From the NCBI GenBank assembly GCA_026936335.1, contig JAPMXV010000030.1, positions 372,001 through 436,000 on the forward strand: DNA of 64,000 nucleotides, in the 5' to 3' direction. A model generated the notes under the pieces. That model saw only the letters and a list, made by a program, of their open reading frames with translations. It searched no databases and was not told the DNA's origin. This DNA is from Mantamonas sphyraenae STR306 (taxonomy: Eukaryota > Protista > CRuMs). Every line of letters begins with the position of its first letter. The first letter of the stretch is position 1. Made by a program: the position numbers and the translations under genes. Below, one piece after another: positions 1 through 10,039 of the stretch.

Positions 1-389
1 CCAGGCAACGACCGCTGGCTGCCGCTGCTGCTGCTGCTGCTGCTGCTGATCCCTTTGCCACCACTCGCCCCCCCTCCCGTGTCTCCAGTTTGCAATTCCT
101 GCGCATACCTGTCTGCACCCAACTCCACGGGACGAGTGTCCATGGATTGCACATCCTCGCCTCGTTGAGACGACCCATCCCCAGCCGTACTCGTCGTCGT
201 CGTCGTCGTCGTCCTGCGAGCCTGCGTTTTGCTCTCCTCGATCGGCGAAAACTCACTGTCGCCCCGCCACCTCCTGTCGTGATTCTTGACCACCTTGACT
301 GTGCCCGTCCCACTCCGTTTGTGGTTGCCCTTCCTTCCCGCCGACCGTCCCGTTTTGCCCACCACCGGTGTTCGGTAGGCTGAGCTCAT
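1..389 (-). CDS. Possible 5' part of a gene running off the window edge (low-complexity, D/A-rich)
   Basis: ATG at 389, purine-rich coding-like minus strand (DDDDEYGWDG...), divergent from ABCF; the frame is ambiguous near 215-260. Confidence 0.3.
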   Translation of the reverse strand, partial: MSSAYRTPVVGKTGRSAGRKGNHKRSGTGTVKVVKNHDRRWRGDSEFSPIEESKTQARRTTTTTTTSTAGDGSSQRGEDVQSMDTRPVELGADRYAQELQTGDTGGGASGGKGISSSSSSSSGSQRSLP

Positions 390-496
390 CGACACGTGTT
401 TGCCCTCGCCGGCGCACTCAGCACAACCACCGGGTCACACACACATACACACACACACACGCAACACAGCACACCCAACACACATCATCATCGAGA

Positions 497-2855
497 ATGG
501 ACATTGGGGCAGAGTTGCAGCGTGTGCTTCCGGCTCGGGTCAAGGAGGTGCTGGACGAAACCATCCTGGAGTACGCCGTGGGCATCCTGGAGAGCGATGC
601 CGACGAAGGTTACTCCAGTTACACCACTGAAGATGAGTTGTACGACGCCATCGGCGACCTGCTGCTGGAAAGTGATCCGGAAGAGAACGAGGAGGAGATT
701 CGTGCCTCATGCAGGGCCTTGGTCAACGTCCTCCACCCACCGGGGCAGGCAGGCGACAATGCAGAAGGCGACGGAAACGACGCCCAAGGCGGAGGTGCCG
801 CTTCTGCCAGAGCCAAACGTGCACAGGACACCACCGTGCTGGTGAACCAGGTGTCGTTGAGCTCCATGCTCAAGGACACCGAAGAGTCCCTTCGACAGCT
901 GGGACGCACCTCCAAGTCGTTCTACTCCACCGCAGAGGCCGATTCCGGAGATACCATGGGTGGATACAGCGAGGAGGAGATTCGTGCCATGGCCGGCAGC
1001 AGCAGCAGCAGCGGAGGCGCAGGTGGCAGTGCCAGGAAAAAGGATGCCATCTTGGTCCGTTCCAAGCGCAAGCAGCTGGAACCCGGAGAACTGGAGAGTA
1101 TCCTCACCATCCCAGGAGGCTGTGTCAGTGTCCAGGGCAAGGACATCAAGGTGGAGGGCATCGAACTGACCATCGGCGGACGGAAACTCATCGAGAACGG
1201 CGTCCTCATGCTCCAGAGTGGACGCAGGGTCGGCCTGGCTGGACGCAACGGCGCAGGCAAGAGTACCCTGCTCAAGCACATTGCAAACAGAGACATTCCC
1301 ATCCCGGAGGATGTGTCCATCCTCTACGTGGCACAGGAGGTAAGCCGGAAAAAAAAAGGAAGCTTGCATGGCGCCTGGGGCTCCCCAAAAACACGGAGAG
1401 ACACACGGTGACACACACACTCACACACACACTCACACTCACTGACATGTGGCCACACAGGCGGATGGAGACGAAAAGACGGCAGTGGAAAGTGTACTGC
1501 TGGCAGACACTGAGCGTACGGAGCTGCTTGCGAGGGAGAAGGAGCTGAACGCACTGAGTGAGACGCAAGGGACATACAGCAGCGAGAAATTCAGCAGCAT
1601 CGACAAGGAACTGGAGTATCTGTACTCGAGGATGAACGAGATTGAGGTGGACAGTGCGGAGGCGCGTGCACGGGCCATTTTGAAGGGGTTGCAGTTTACG
1701 GAGGAGATGCAGGACAAGCAGACGCAGGACTTTTCCGGTGGTTGGCGCATGCGCATTGCAATTGCACGCGCGCTGTTTGCGAAACCGGACATTTTCATTG
1801 CGGACGAAATCACGAACCATTTGGATTATCACGCGTACGTGTGGCTGCGTGAGTACATGGCAGAGTGGCCGACGACGCTGTTGATTGTGTCGCACCAGCG
1901 TGACTTTCTCAACCAGGTGTGCACGGACATCCTGCACCTGCACAACCACGAGTTGACGCTGTACAAGGGCAACTACGACCAGTTTGAAGAGACCATCGAG
2001 GATCGCACCACGCAGCAGAAGCGTGCGTACATGAAGCAGCAACGCGAACGCGAACACATGATGAAGTTTGTCAACAAGTTCCGCTTCAACGCAAAGAGGG
2101 CCAGCCAGGCTCAATCCAGGCTCAAGGCACTGAAGAAGATGGAGCTTGTGGAAAAGGTGATGGAGGACGCCGGCGTCATCTTCAAGTTTCCCTCCCCCAC
2201 CAAGGTCGACGGTCCCATCATCCGTCTGGAGGACGTCGACTTTGGCTACGAGGGACAGGAGAAACTGTTCAAGCGGGTCAACATGACCATCGACCAAAGC
2301 ACGCGCATGGCCATTGTGGGTGCCAACGGCGCGGGCAAATCCACCCTGCTCAAACTCATGGTGGGCGAGGAGGAACCCGTGAGTGGCAACGTGTACAGAA
2401 ACGGCAAGGCACGCATTGGATACTTCAACCAGTTCTTTGTGGACGGCCTGGACATGGAATCGTCGCCGTTGCAGCTCCTGAAGGATCTGTACCCCAATGT
2501 GGAGCTCATGGAACTGCGTGCACACCTGGGCCGCTTCGGTCTGAACGGCGACCTTGCGCTGCAGCCCATCTACGAACTCAGTGGAGGACAAAAGAGCCGT
2601 GTGTTGATGTCCAAGCTGGCGTATGCGCAGCCCAACGTGTTGCTGTGTGACGAGATCAGCAACCATTTGGATTTGGAGAGTGTGGAGGCCCTCACCGTGG
2701 CCTTTGATACCTTTGAGGGCGGTGTGGTGTTGGTCACTCACGACGAGTTTCTCATGGCTCAGGCATGTGAGGAGATTTGGATTGCTCGCCAGGGCAAGGT
2801 GTTTCAATTCCAAGGCGACTTTAAGGACTACATGCGACTGCTGGAGAACTATTGA
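497..2855 (+). CDS. ABC-F family ATPase (GCN20/ABCF3-like); exons 497-1339, 1461-2855
   Basis: Two NBDs (GRNGAGKST, FSGGWRMR, GANGAGKST, LSGGQKSR), no TM segments; intron 1340-1460 GTAAGC...ACTGAC...CACAG. Confidence 0.92.
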
Positions 2856-2960
2856 CATGGGTGACGTTATTGAGTGAGGGCCCTCACAGCTGATGATGAC
2901 ACACAATGAAAACAAAAGGGAATGCACATGCTCGTTTGGGGCCAAATCTTGGTTTGCGTG

Positions 2961-4567
2961 ATGCGGGCGGTCAAGGTGCGTCACCAGCAGCTGAGTCAGC
3001 TGTTGGACCACCAGCTGCTGAGCCAGGAACAGCTGGAGTCGTTGGCAGAGATGCAACGCAAGCGACGCAGGCGTGAGAGGAAACAGAAGCAGATACGGGC
3101 AGCCAAGGCGCAGTTGAACGCGGAAAAGGCAAAAGGCAAACTGGGCAGGCAGCAGCAGCGAGACGAGGACGACGAGGATGGGGCCCTGGACGACGACGAG
3201 GTCATTCTGGAGGTGGAAGAGGATAGCGAACAGGCCACACGCAGTCTGTTGTCACAGGCGGAGGAGTCGGAGGTGTTGGAGGACCTTGCGGCAGAGGAGG
3301 AGGGGCGACATGGGCAGCGATGGGACGACGACGACGGGGACGACGGGTACGACGACGCACAGGATGACGACGAAGAAGGGGAGGATGATGATGATGATGA
3401 TGAAGATGATGAGGACGAGGAGGAGGACGAGGAGACGAGGAGGACGAGGAGGTGAGCCAGGAGGAGGAGGAGGTTGTGGACGAGGACGAGGAGAGCAACG
3501 TGGTGGTGGAACTGAGCGAGCGAGCACTGCGTGATTTGCTGGCACACATCGACGTGCTGGACATTTCACACAACGCATTCACGGCGGTGCCGGAACAAGT
3601 GGACCTCATGAGTGGCCTACAATGGCTGGTGATGCACCACAACGACCTGGAACGCCTGGAGCTGAGCAAAGCCGCACGCGTGCAGCTTGGCCACACTCTG
3701 GAGCGCCTGGAGGTGGCCTACAACCAACTGGACAGCATGCCACAGTACATACACAGTCTGGAACGACTAACACACCTGGATCTGAGTGGAAACCGGTTTG
3801 ATCGCTTCCCGCCGGAGCTGGTGGACTGCCCGCAGTTGGAGGTGCTGGATCTGAGTCACAACATGCTGGACGAGCTGCCTGGGGAAGTGAGCACACTGGT
3901 GCATCTGAGGCAATTGTATGTGAGCCACAACCAGGTGGGGATGGTGACACGAAAGGTGTGTCTGCTCAAGCGCCTGAGGGTACTGGATGTGAGTCACAAT
4001 CGTCTGATGCGACTTCCGGACACACTGGCCGGCTGTGTGGAGCTGGATGCATTGTATGTGGACAACAATGAGTTGAATGAGGTTCCACGGCAGTTGAGTT
4101 TGTGTGCACACCTGCGTGTGTTGGATGTGGGCACGAATCAACTCACCACCATGCCTGCGGCGCTGATGCACACGGAGATGCGCACGTGCAACCTGGGCAA
4201 CAACCAATGGGTGCGAAAGAACAAAGTGGCGGGTCACATCGACCTGCGTCTGACCGAAGAGCGCTTCCCCACCCTGCGTGAGCTGTGTTTGCTCACCGTG
4301 TTCAACGGGGACTTTGACGAGGCCGACATTGTCGACTTGCCCATCGACTTGCAATACGACCTTGCCAAGCTCCATCGTTGCTCCTTGTGTGCACGTGCGG
4401 CTGCCCTCACCGTACCGGGTGACGTGGTCCTCAGTTCTCTCTCTGTGAACCGCAGCGTGCCCCTGCAGCACCATCTGTGCCACCGCTGCTCACGCAAGCT
4501 GGGACGTGACAGATACAGCTCGGCCGTGGCCATGGCCAACTACCATGATTCGATGGTGGGGTGGTGA
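2961..4567 (+). CDS. LRR protein with acidic N-terminus and C-terminal BC-box-like plus Cys-rich tail (LRRC58/LRRC28-like); 1-nt frame break near 3433; start uncertain (2922 or 2961)
   Basis: About 9 LxxLxLxxN repeats, FPTLRELCL, CxxC...CxxC; ORFs 2922-3455 and 3452-4567 join if one G is restored in the GAGGAC repeat. Confidence 0.75.
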
Positions 4568-4648
4568 ACAACAACAACAACAACACGAAGTGGGGGTGCA
4601 CAGCACGTGCGAAGGGGGCGCCACCAAGACACCAAGCTGTGGCACAAC

Positions 4649-5596
4649 ATGTCCTCGAGTGACGACGAGGGGAACAGTGTGTACTGTGTGGATGTGGAGT
4701 GTGTACAGGTGGAGGGCGACGTATTGATGCCAATTTGGTGTGCAGCGGTGAATGAAGCTGAAGAGACGCTGCTTGACGTGTACGTGTGTGCAGGCTGGTC
4801 ACTGCCCATCACCGACTACAAAACAGAGTTCCATGGCCTAAGTGACGTTGTGGTCCAGGCCATTGTGGCGCAGGATGACGCAACGACGCTGGAGAAGCCC
4901 GTGTACACCTTGGAGGAGGTGCAGTCCACCCTTGCCACGCTTTTCGGGCCCGACAGCACGCTTGTGGGCCAAAGTGTGGACAGGGACATCGAATACCTGG
5001 GATTGGAGGAGGGCACACACTATGGAACGTGTGTGGACCTTGCCAACCTGTTTGCAGTGAAGCGGGGCAAGAACGGAGGACGTCGACGGTTCTCCCTCGC
5101 CGACACCGTGCAAGCGTTGCTGGGAGCATCCGAGTTCCAACGTGGCACCCATTCGCCTGCAGAGGATGCGTTGTATTCGATACGTGTGTACAAAGAATTC
5201 GGCCAATTGGACCGACAGCAGTTGAAGAAACTTGCGCTGCAGGTGCGGGAGTACAGCAACCAGCGCAAGAAACGCGAACGCAGACAGGGCGTACTGCGTG
5301 ACGTGTACACATACATGAGTCAGTTGCAGGCACAGCAGCAACAACAGAACGGCAACAACGGATGGGAGAAGAAGGAGGAGGACGAGGAGGAGTTGGACCC
5401 TACACAGCAGGAGCTCATTGCATTCATCAAAGTCCTGCAGAAGGAAGGATGGAACGAATCGTGGCAGGCGTTTTGTGCCTCCGAGGGTGAAACCAGCCCA
5501 TGGAAGCTCGACGTGGAGCAGCTGCAGGCGTTTCTCACCACGCCAGAGCTGTACGCAGAGGTGAGGGAGATTTTTCAAGACAACATGACACCATGA
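4649..5596 (+). CDS. DEDDh 3'-5' RNA exonuclease (REXO/SDN-like)
   Basis: Motifs VDVEC, LVGQSVDRD, HSPAEDA. Confidence 0.85.
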   Translation: MSSSDDEGNSVYCVDVECVQVEGDVLMPIWCAAVNEAEETLLDVYVCAGWSLPITDYKTEFHGLSDVVVQAIVAQDDATTLEKPVYTLEEVQSTLATLFGPDSTLVGQSVDRDIEYLGLEEGTHYGTCVDLANLFAVKRGKNGGRRRFSLADTVQALLGASEFQRGTHSPAEDALYSIRVYKEFGQLDRQQLKKLALQVREYSNQRKKRERRQGVLRDVYTYMSQLQAQQQQQNGNNGWEKKEEDEEELDPTQQELIAFIKVLQKEGWNESWQAFCASEGETSPWKLDVEQLQAFLTTPELYAEVREIFQDNMTP

Positions 5597-5661
5597 CACC
5601 ATGGTGGGGGGAAGGAGGGAGGAGAGGGGGGGAAGGAAGGGACATTGGATGAATGGATTGT

Positions 5662-6512
5662 TCATGTGGAACCATAATAGCCGCTTTGGTTGTCAATCAG
5701 CGGATCTGTGACACTTGCCGGTTTGATGGCGCCATCCTCTTCGACAAACCCATGGGGAGGTTCCTCTGTGCCAAAGGCCTCGTGCACAGGCCCCAGCTGC
5801 ACCCGCATGCGAACGTGGCGAAAGTCGTCGTAAAAGGTGACAAAGTAGCCCATGAAGGAGGCTGTGGTGGTCACTTCCAACACAGCACTGATGCTCTTGT
5901 AGCCAGCCGGGAATTGGAGGACCATAAAGGCGACGGCAGCAATGCAGGAGATGATGTTGAAGGCCAGACGCAGACGAAGGGTCTTCTGGGGCACGTCCTT
6001 GAGGATGTAGGACAGGCGTGTGCACAGGCAAGTGTACACGACACCGAGAATGAAAAAGAAGCCTGCAAAGGTGAGGTGTGCCACCTTGCCACGGCTGTAC
6101 TGGACGGAAGCGACGCCGAGGAGACACATGGCAGTGACCACACCCACACGTGCGTGTTGCGATTGAGAGAGTGCACGGCGAGGAAGTTGTCCAGTCGCAC
6201 TGCTTGGTTGGAGTGCACATCCATCCGTCCCTGCGAGTCTGAGAGCACCTGGGCCTGGGCACGCTGAATGACCCCGCGCATGTACTCCAGCCTCACCAGC
6301 GTCGTCATCACAAACACAAACGCAGTGAAGGCCATGCCGTACGTAAACACAAAGCTTTCTGGCGTGCGGTCGCCTGTGGAGGAGATGAAGGGCACCTTGT
6401 CGACGGGAAAGTGGTGGAGAGATTCGGTAAGCGTGTACGTGACGCAGATTGTCACAAACGGCACCAGCAGCTGCAGAATGACCACAAGTTGCACGTTGAG
6501 AATGTCCGCCAT
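5662..6512 (-). CDS. Frag1/DRAM/Sfk1 (TMEM150) family membrane protein; frame break near 6155
   Basis: PFISSTGDRTPES, AHLTFAGFFF, SAVLE; several hydrophobic helices spread across two frames. Confidence 0.8.
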
Positions 6513-8505
6513 GGCTAGTTTGGCAACAACAACAAGAAGAAGAGCAGCTGCAGCAGAGGAGGATGGAAAAATGACGTGGGTGGCATCGCGCCGAGTCGAC
6601 CAACAAACAAGGGTCATGTCGGAGGCACTCATCCAACGCATCCGACAACAACAGGCGGCACAGGAGGATCCGGAACAGGACTATTTGTACATTATCACCT
6701 TCCGTGGCTTCTTCCTGTTCCCGAACCTGCCTACGTTGCGGTACAGCGTGTCGCTGCTGGACCTTGCGTCGGAGTCTGGGTTGAATTCGTCGTCGCTGTG
6801 GGTGGTGGATTCGTACGAGGCGGCGGTGGAACAGACCCCGGACATTGTGGATTACCTGCAAAAGCTGGCGGTGCGTGCGAAGCAGGACAGTGTGCCGGTG
6901 ACCCCAGCCAAGGAGCGCGCGAAACGAAGGCTGAGTCAGGCGGCCAAGAAGATCATCACTCGCATCAAGGAACTGAGTGAGGAGGAAAAGGAGGAACGGC
7001 AACGGAAAAAGGATGCCAAACATTTGCGGGAGGAGGAGCGGTTTGTGGCGGAGCGAACGCCGTTGACGGAGAAGTTCCTAAAGATGCGCGGCGTGGGGTC
7101 GTACCATCTGACCACAGTGACCAAGGAGATGGCAGACCGTGGTGTGATGCTGCACGAGTTGGACACCATGATTGAGGAGAGCAAACGACAGACCAAGGAG
7201 GATGCCAAGGCCGGTTTGCAACGAACGGTTACTTCCAGCGTCATCCTCGCCGGCGACGGACGCATCAAGCGCACAGAGGGCACACGCAGCAGACTGCAGT
7301 ACGAAAATGTGGAGGAGGAGGAGGACGACGACGATGATGATGATGGGGATGGGGATGCGGATGGTACAAAGGCAGGTACGAAGAAGGTGCTGAAGAAGCA
7401 GGCAAAGGCAAACAACACCACCACCACCACCACCACCTCCGACGACGACGACGACTCGGATTCGGACGACGAGTTTGACGACGAAGTGACACGGAAGAAG
7501 AAGGAGGAGAGGAGAAAGGCAAAGGAGAAGCAGAAGCAGAAGAACAGGGAGGTGAACGAGGCAGTGAGTTTTGCCATGATGGAGAAGCGACTGGACGCCG
7601 AATTGGCTGGAGATCTTGCGGGAAGTCCACGGGACGCAGAGAATCGCATGGAGAACGCACTCATGGAGGAGTATTTGAACATGGGTGATGGGTTGTCAGG
7701 GATTGCAGAGGGGGAAGAAGCAGGAGGAGAAGGAAGCAGCAGCAGCAGCAGCAGCCGTGGTGGTGGTAATGGTGGTGGTGGTGGTGAGAATACTCATGCA
7801 AAGAAAGGAGACGATGGGGATGGGGATGGGGAGGAGCTAAAGAAGGGCAAGAGGAAAGGCAAGGAGAAAAGGAGCAGCAGCAGTGGCAGCAAGGGTGACG
7901 GGGATGAGGATGAGGACGAGGACGAGGATGAGGACGAGGATGAAGAGGAGGAAACGATGGCGGACAGCACACCGCTGGAAGACGAACATTCGTTGCTGTC
8001 GATGCTGCATGCCAAGTACGGCGGGAGGAGCAAACTGTTCCATTCGCAGGGCCTGCAGCCGTCGCGACAGAAGCTGCCACAGAAAAAGTCGCACTTGTCG
8101 ACACTGGGAGGGATGTTCACACAGGCTGCGGCAGAGGGGGCCATCTTCCAGGCGGATGCGGATCCGTACGACACACACAAGATCTTCTTTGAGGACACGT
8201 TCGCGATGAGCAAGGACGCGTGGACACAGAACGTAACCTCGTTGCAACAGTTTGCGGAACAGTGCATGGATGGCCACTTGGAGGTGGAGGTGCGTCACCA
8301 CGAGGAGCTGGGTATTCCTGCGCACTTCAAACGCCGTCGCATCTACAACAGTTTCGAGGAGTACCTCACCGACCAGGAAGCACGCAGGCATCACATGGAG
8401 GACGACCTTGTCATGCATCTGGAGTATTGGTACGGCCGCAGCCATGTCGTGCGTGCACGAAGGAAGAAACTGCTCATGAACGCCGCCGGCCAGGGCTTCC
8501 TGTGA
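6511..8505 (+). CDS. Uncharacterised charged, low-complexity protein; start uncertain (6511, 6571 or 6616)
   Basis: Long ORF with host-like codon and purine bias; no family recognised. Confidence 0.65.
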   Translation: MASLATTTRRRAAAAEEDGKMTWVASRRVDQQTRVMSEALIQRIRQQQAAQEDPEQDYLYIITFRGFFLFPNLPTLRYSVSLLDLASESGLNSSSLWVVDSYEAAVEQTPDIVDYLQKLAVRAKQDSVPVTPAKERAKRRLSQAAKKIITRIKELSEEEKEERQRKKDAKHLREEERFVAERTPLTEKFLKMRGVGSYHLTTVTKEMADRGVMLHELDTMIEESKRQTKEDAKAGLQRTVTSSVILAGDGRIKRTEGTRSRLQYENVEEEEDDDDDDDGDGDADGTKAGTKKVLKKQAKANNTTTTTTTSDDDDDSDSDDEFDDEVTRKKKEERRKAKEKQKQKNREVNEAVSFAMMEKRLDAELAGDLAGSPRDAENRMENALMEEYLNMGDGLSGIAEGEEAGGEGSSSSSSSRGGGNGGGGGENTHAKKGDDGDGDGEELKKGKRKGKEKRSSSSGSKGDGDEDEDEDEDEDEDEEEETMADSTPLEDEHSLLSMLHAKYGGRSKLFHSQGLQPSRQKLPQKKSHLSTLGGMFTQAAAEGAIFQADADPYDTHKIFFEDTFAMSKDAWTQNVTSLQQFAEQCMDGHLEVEVRHHEELGIPAHFKRRRIYNSFEEYLTDQEARRHHMEDDLVMHLEYWYGRSHVVRARRKKLLMNAAGQGFL

Positions 8506-8524
8506 GCGGCGGCTGCTGTGTTTG

Positions 8525-9901
8525 TCAAACACCATCGTCGTCGTCATTGCCATTGCCATCGTCGTCATGGATGGAAAATCGAGCCACAAGGATGAAGAGG
8601 AGGGTGACGGCAGCCATAAAGACGGCATAGAGCACAAAGTGGCCGTTGGCTGAATCGGCGAGGGTGAAGGAAATGACAATGACGATGGCATTGCCCACGC
8701 CAGCAGACAACTGCCATAAGGCATTGATGGCATTGCGGAGCGAGTCTGGTGATTGGTTGTAGGCGTATTCGAGGCCTGGGATGGCCACTAGCACCTCTGC
8801 GGCACTGATGAGAGCATACTGGGGCAATTGCCAGGCAATGGAGAGTGGATGGTCGGCGTCGTCCATCCAATGTTGCAGCACGGCAGCCATGACAAAGGAG
8901 AGGGCGGTGCACACCATGCCAATGCCCATGCGACGCAGTTCCGACAGTTTGGAGAGGCCCACACGTGCAAAGATGGGAATGAAGAGCAGGACCATGACAT
9001 CGTTGATGCTGGGCATGAGATCCGGAGGCACAGTCAGGGGACCCACGATGCGATCCATGGCCTGGGCTTGGAACACCCATGTCGATGACTGCTGGTAGTA
9101 CAACGCCCAAAACGGAGGCAGCAGGGCAAACACCTTGGTCACCTTGACGAGTGCGTTCCACTCCACGGCTGTGTACACACACACGGTGCCGTTGGAGGGC
9201 ACGGGAGGCTTGCGGACGACTGCGTGGCCGGCGAGGAAAAACACGAGGGAGGCGAGGCCGATGACGGCGACGCAGGCAAGCAAGACCCAGGTCCAGCCCA
9301 GTTCCTGACGCAGGAAAGGGAAGCCAGCCTCACCAATCATGTTGCCGACATTGGACCAAAAGTAAAAGGTGGCCATGGCGCCTGCAATCTGGGACGGGTC
9401 GGCGGCGCCGTTCTTGAGGAGATCACCGACCAGAACGGGTTGGATGGGATTGATGACACCGTAGGAGAGGGCCACGAGAGAGAGGGAGGACAGAGCGACC
9501 CACTTGAGGTCCATGCCATGCATGAGAAGGGTGGTGGCAAGGACAACGTGGCCCACGGTCCAGCAGAGGGTGGCAACACGCTGCGTTTCGTAGTTGCCCA
9601 GCTTGTTGTCAGCCAGCCAGCCACCCAGAGGGGCCACAAAGGAGTAAACACAGACAAAGGCGGCGACAAGAGCGGTGGAGGTGGAGTCGGAGAAGAAGCG
9701 AGCGAGAAAGAGGGCGAGGACGGCTTGCATCCCACTTTGGGCCACCGCTTGGCCCACAGTGACCACCATGAGCATCAGCAGGCCCGGACCCGTGGTCTCC
9801 ACATGTGCCAATGCACCAGGGTTGGCCACATTTACGGCCACTTCGGGCCGAGGCACCAGCCGAGTGCGCTCGTCGTCACTGGGGCGGTCTGACACAACCA
9901 T
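8525..9901 (-). CDS. POT/PTR2 (SLC15-like) oligopeptide transporter
   Basis: GGWLADNKLGNY, FYFWSNVG, FWALYYQQSSTWVFQA, WQLPQY...AEVL...GLEYAY; about 12 TM. Confidence 0.9.
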   Translation of the reverse strand: MVVSDRPSDDERTRLVPRPEVAVNVANPGALAHVETTGPGLLMLMVVTVGQAVAQSGMQAVLALFLARFFSDSTSTALVAAFVCVYSFVAPLGGWLADNKLGNYETQRVATLCWTVGHVVLATTLLMHGMDLKWVALSSLSLVALSYGVINPIQPVLVGDLLKNGAADPSQIAGAMATFYFWSNVGNMIGEAGFPFLRQELGWTWVLLACVAVIGLASLVFFLAGHAVVRKPPVPSNGTVCVYTAVEWNALVKVTKVFALLPPFWALYYQQSSTWVFQAQAMDRIVGPLTVPPDLMPSINDVMVLLFIPIFARVGLSKLSELRRMGIGMVCTALSFVMAAVLQHWMDDADHPLSIAWQLPQYALISAAEVLVAIPGLEYAYNQSPDSLRNAINALWQLSAGVGNAIVIVISFTLADSANGHFVLYAVFMAAVTLLFILVARFSIHDDDGNGNDDDDGV

Positions 9902-10039
9902 GGATTTGATTTGGTTTGTGTGGCGCTGTGCAGGTCTTTGCGACCGACCGTGAACACAGTTGTGCTTTGTTGGATTTGTGTGGTGCTGTGCTGTGCATTG
10001 TCATTTCAGGTGCCACGCCCCCTCCCCCCGGCGCGCCTT

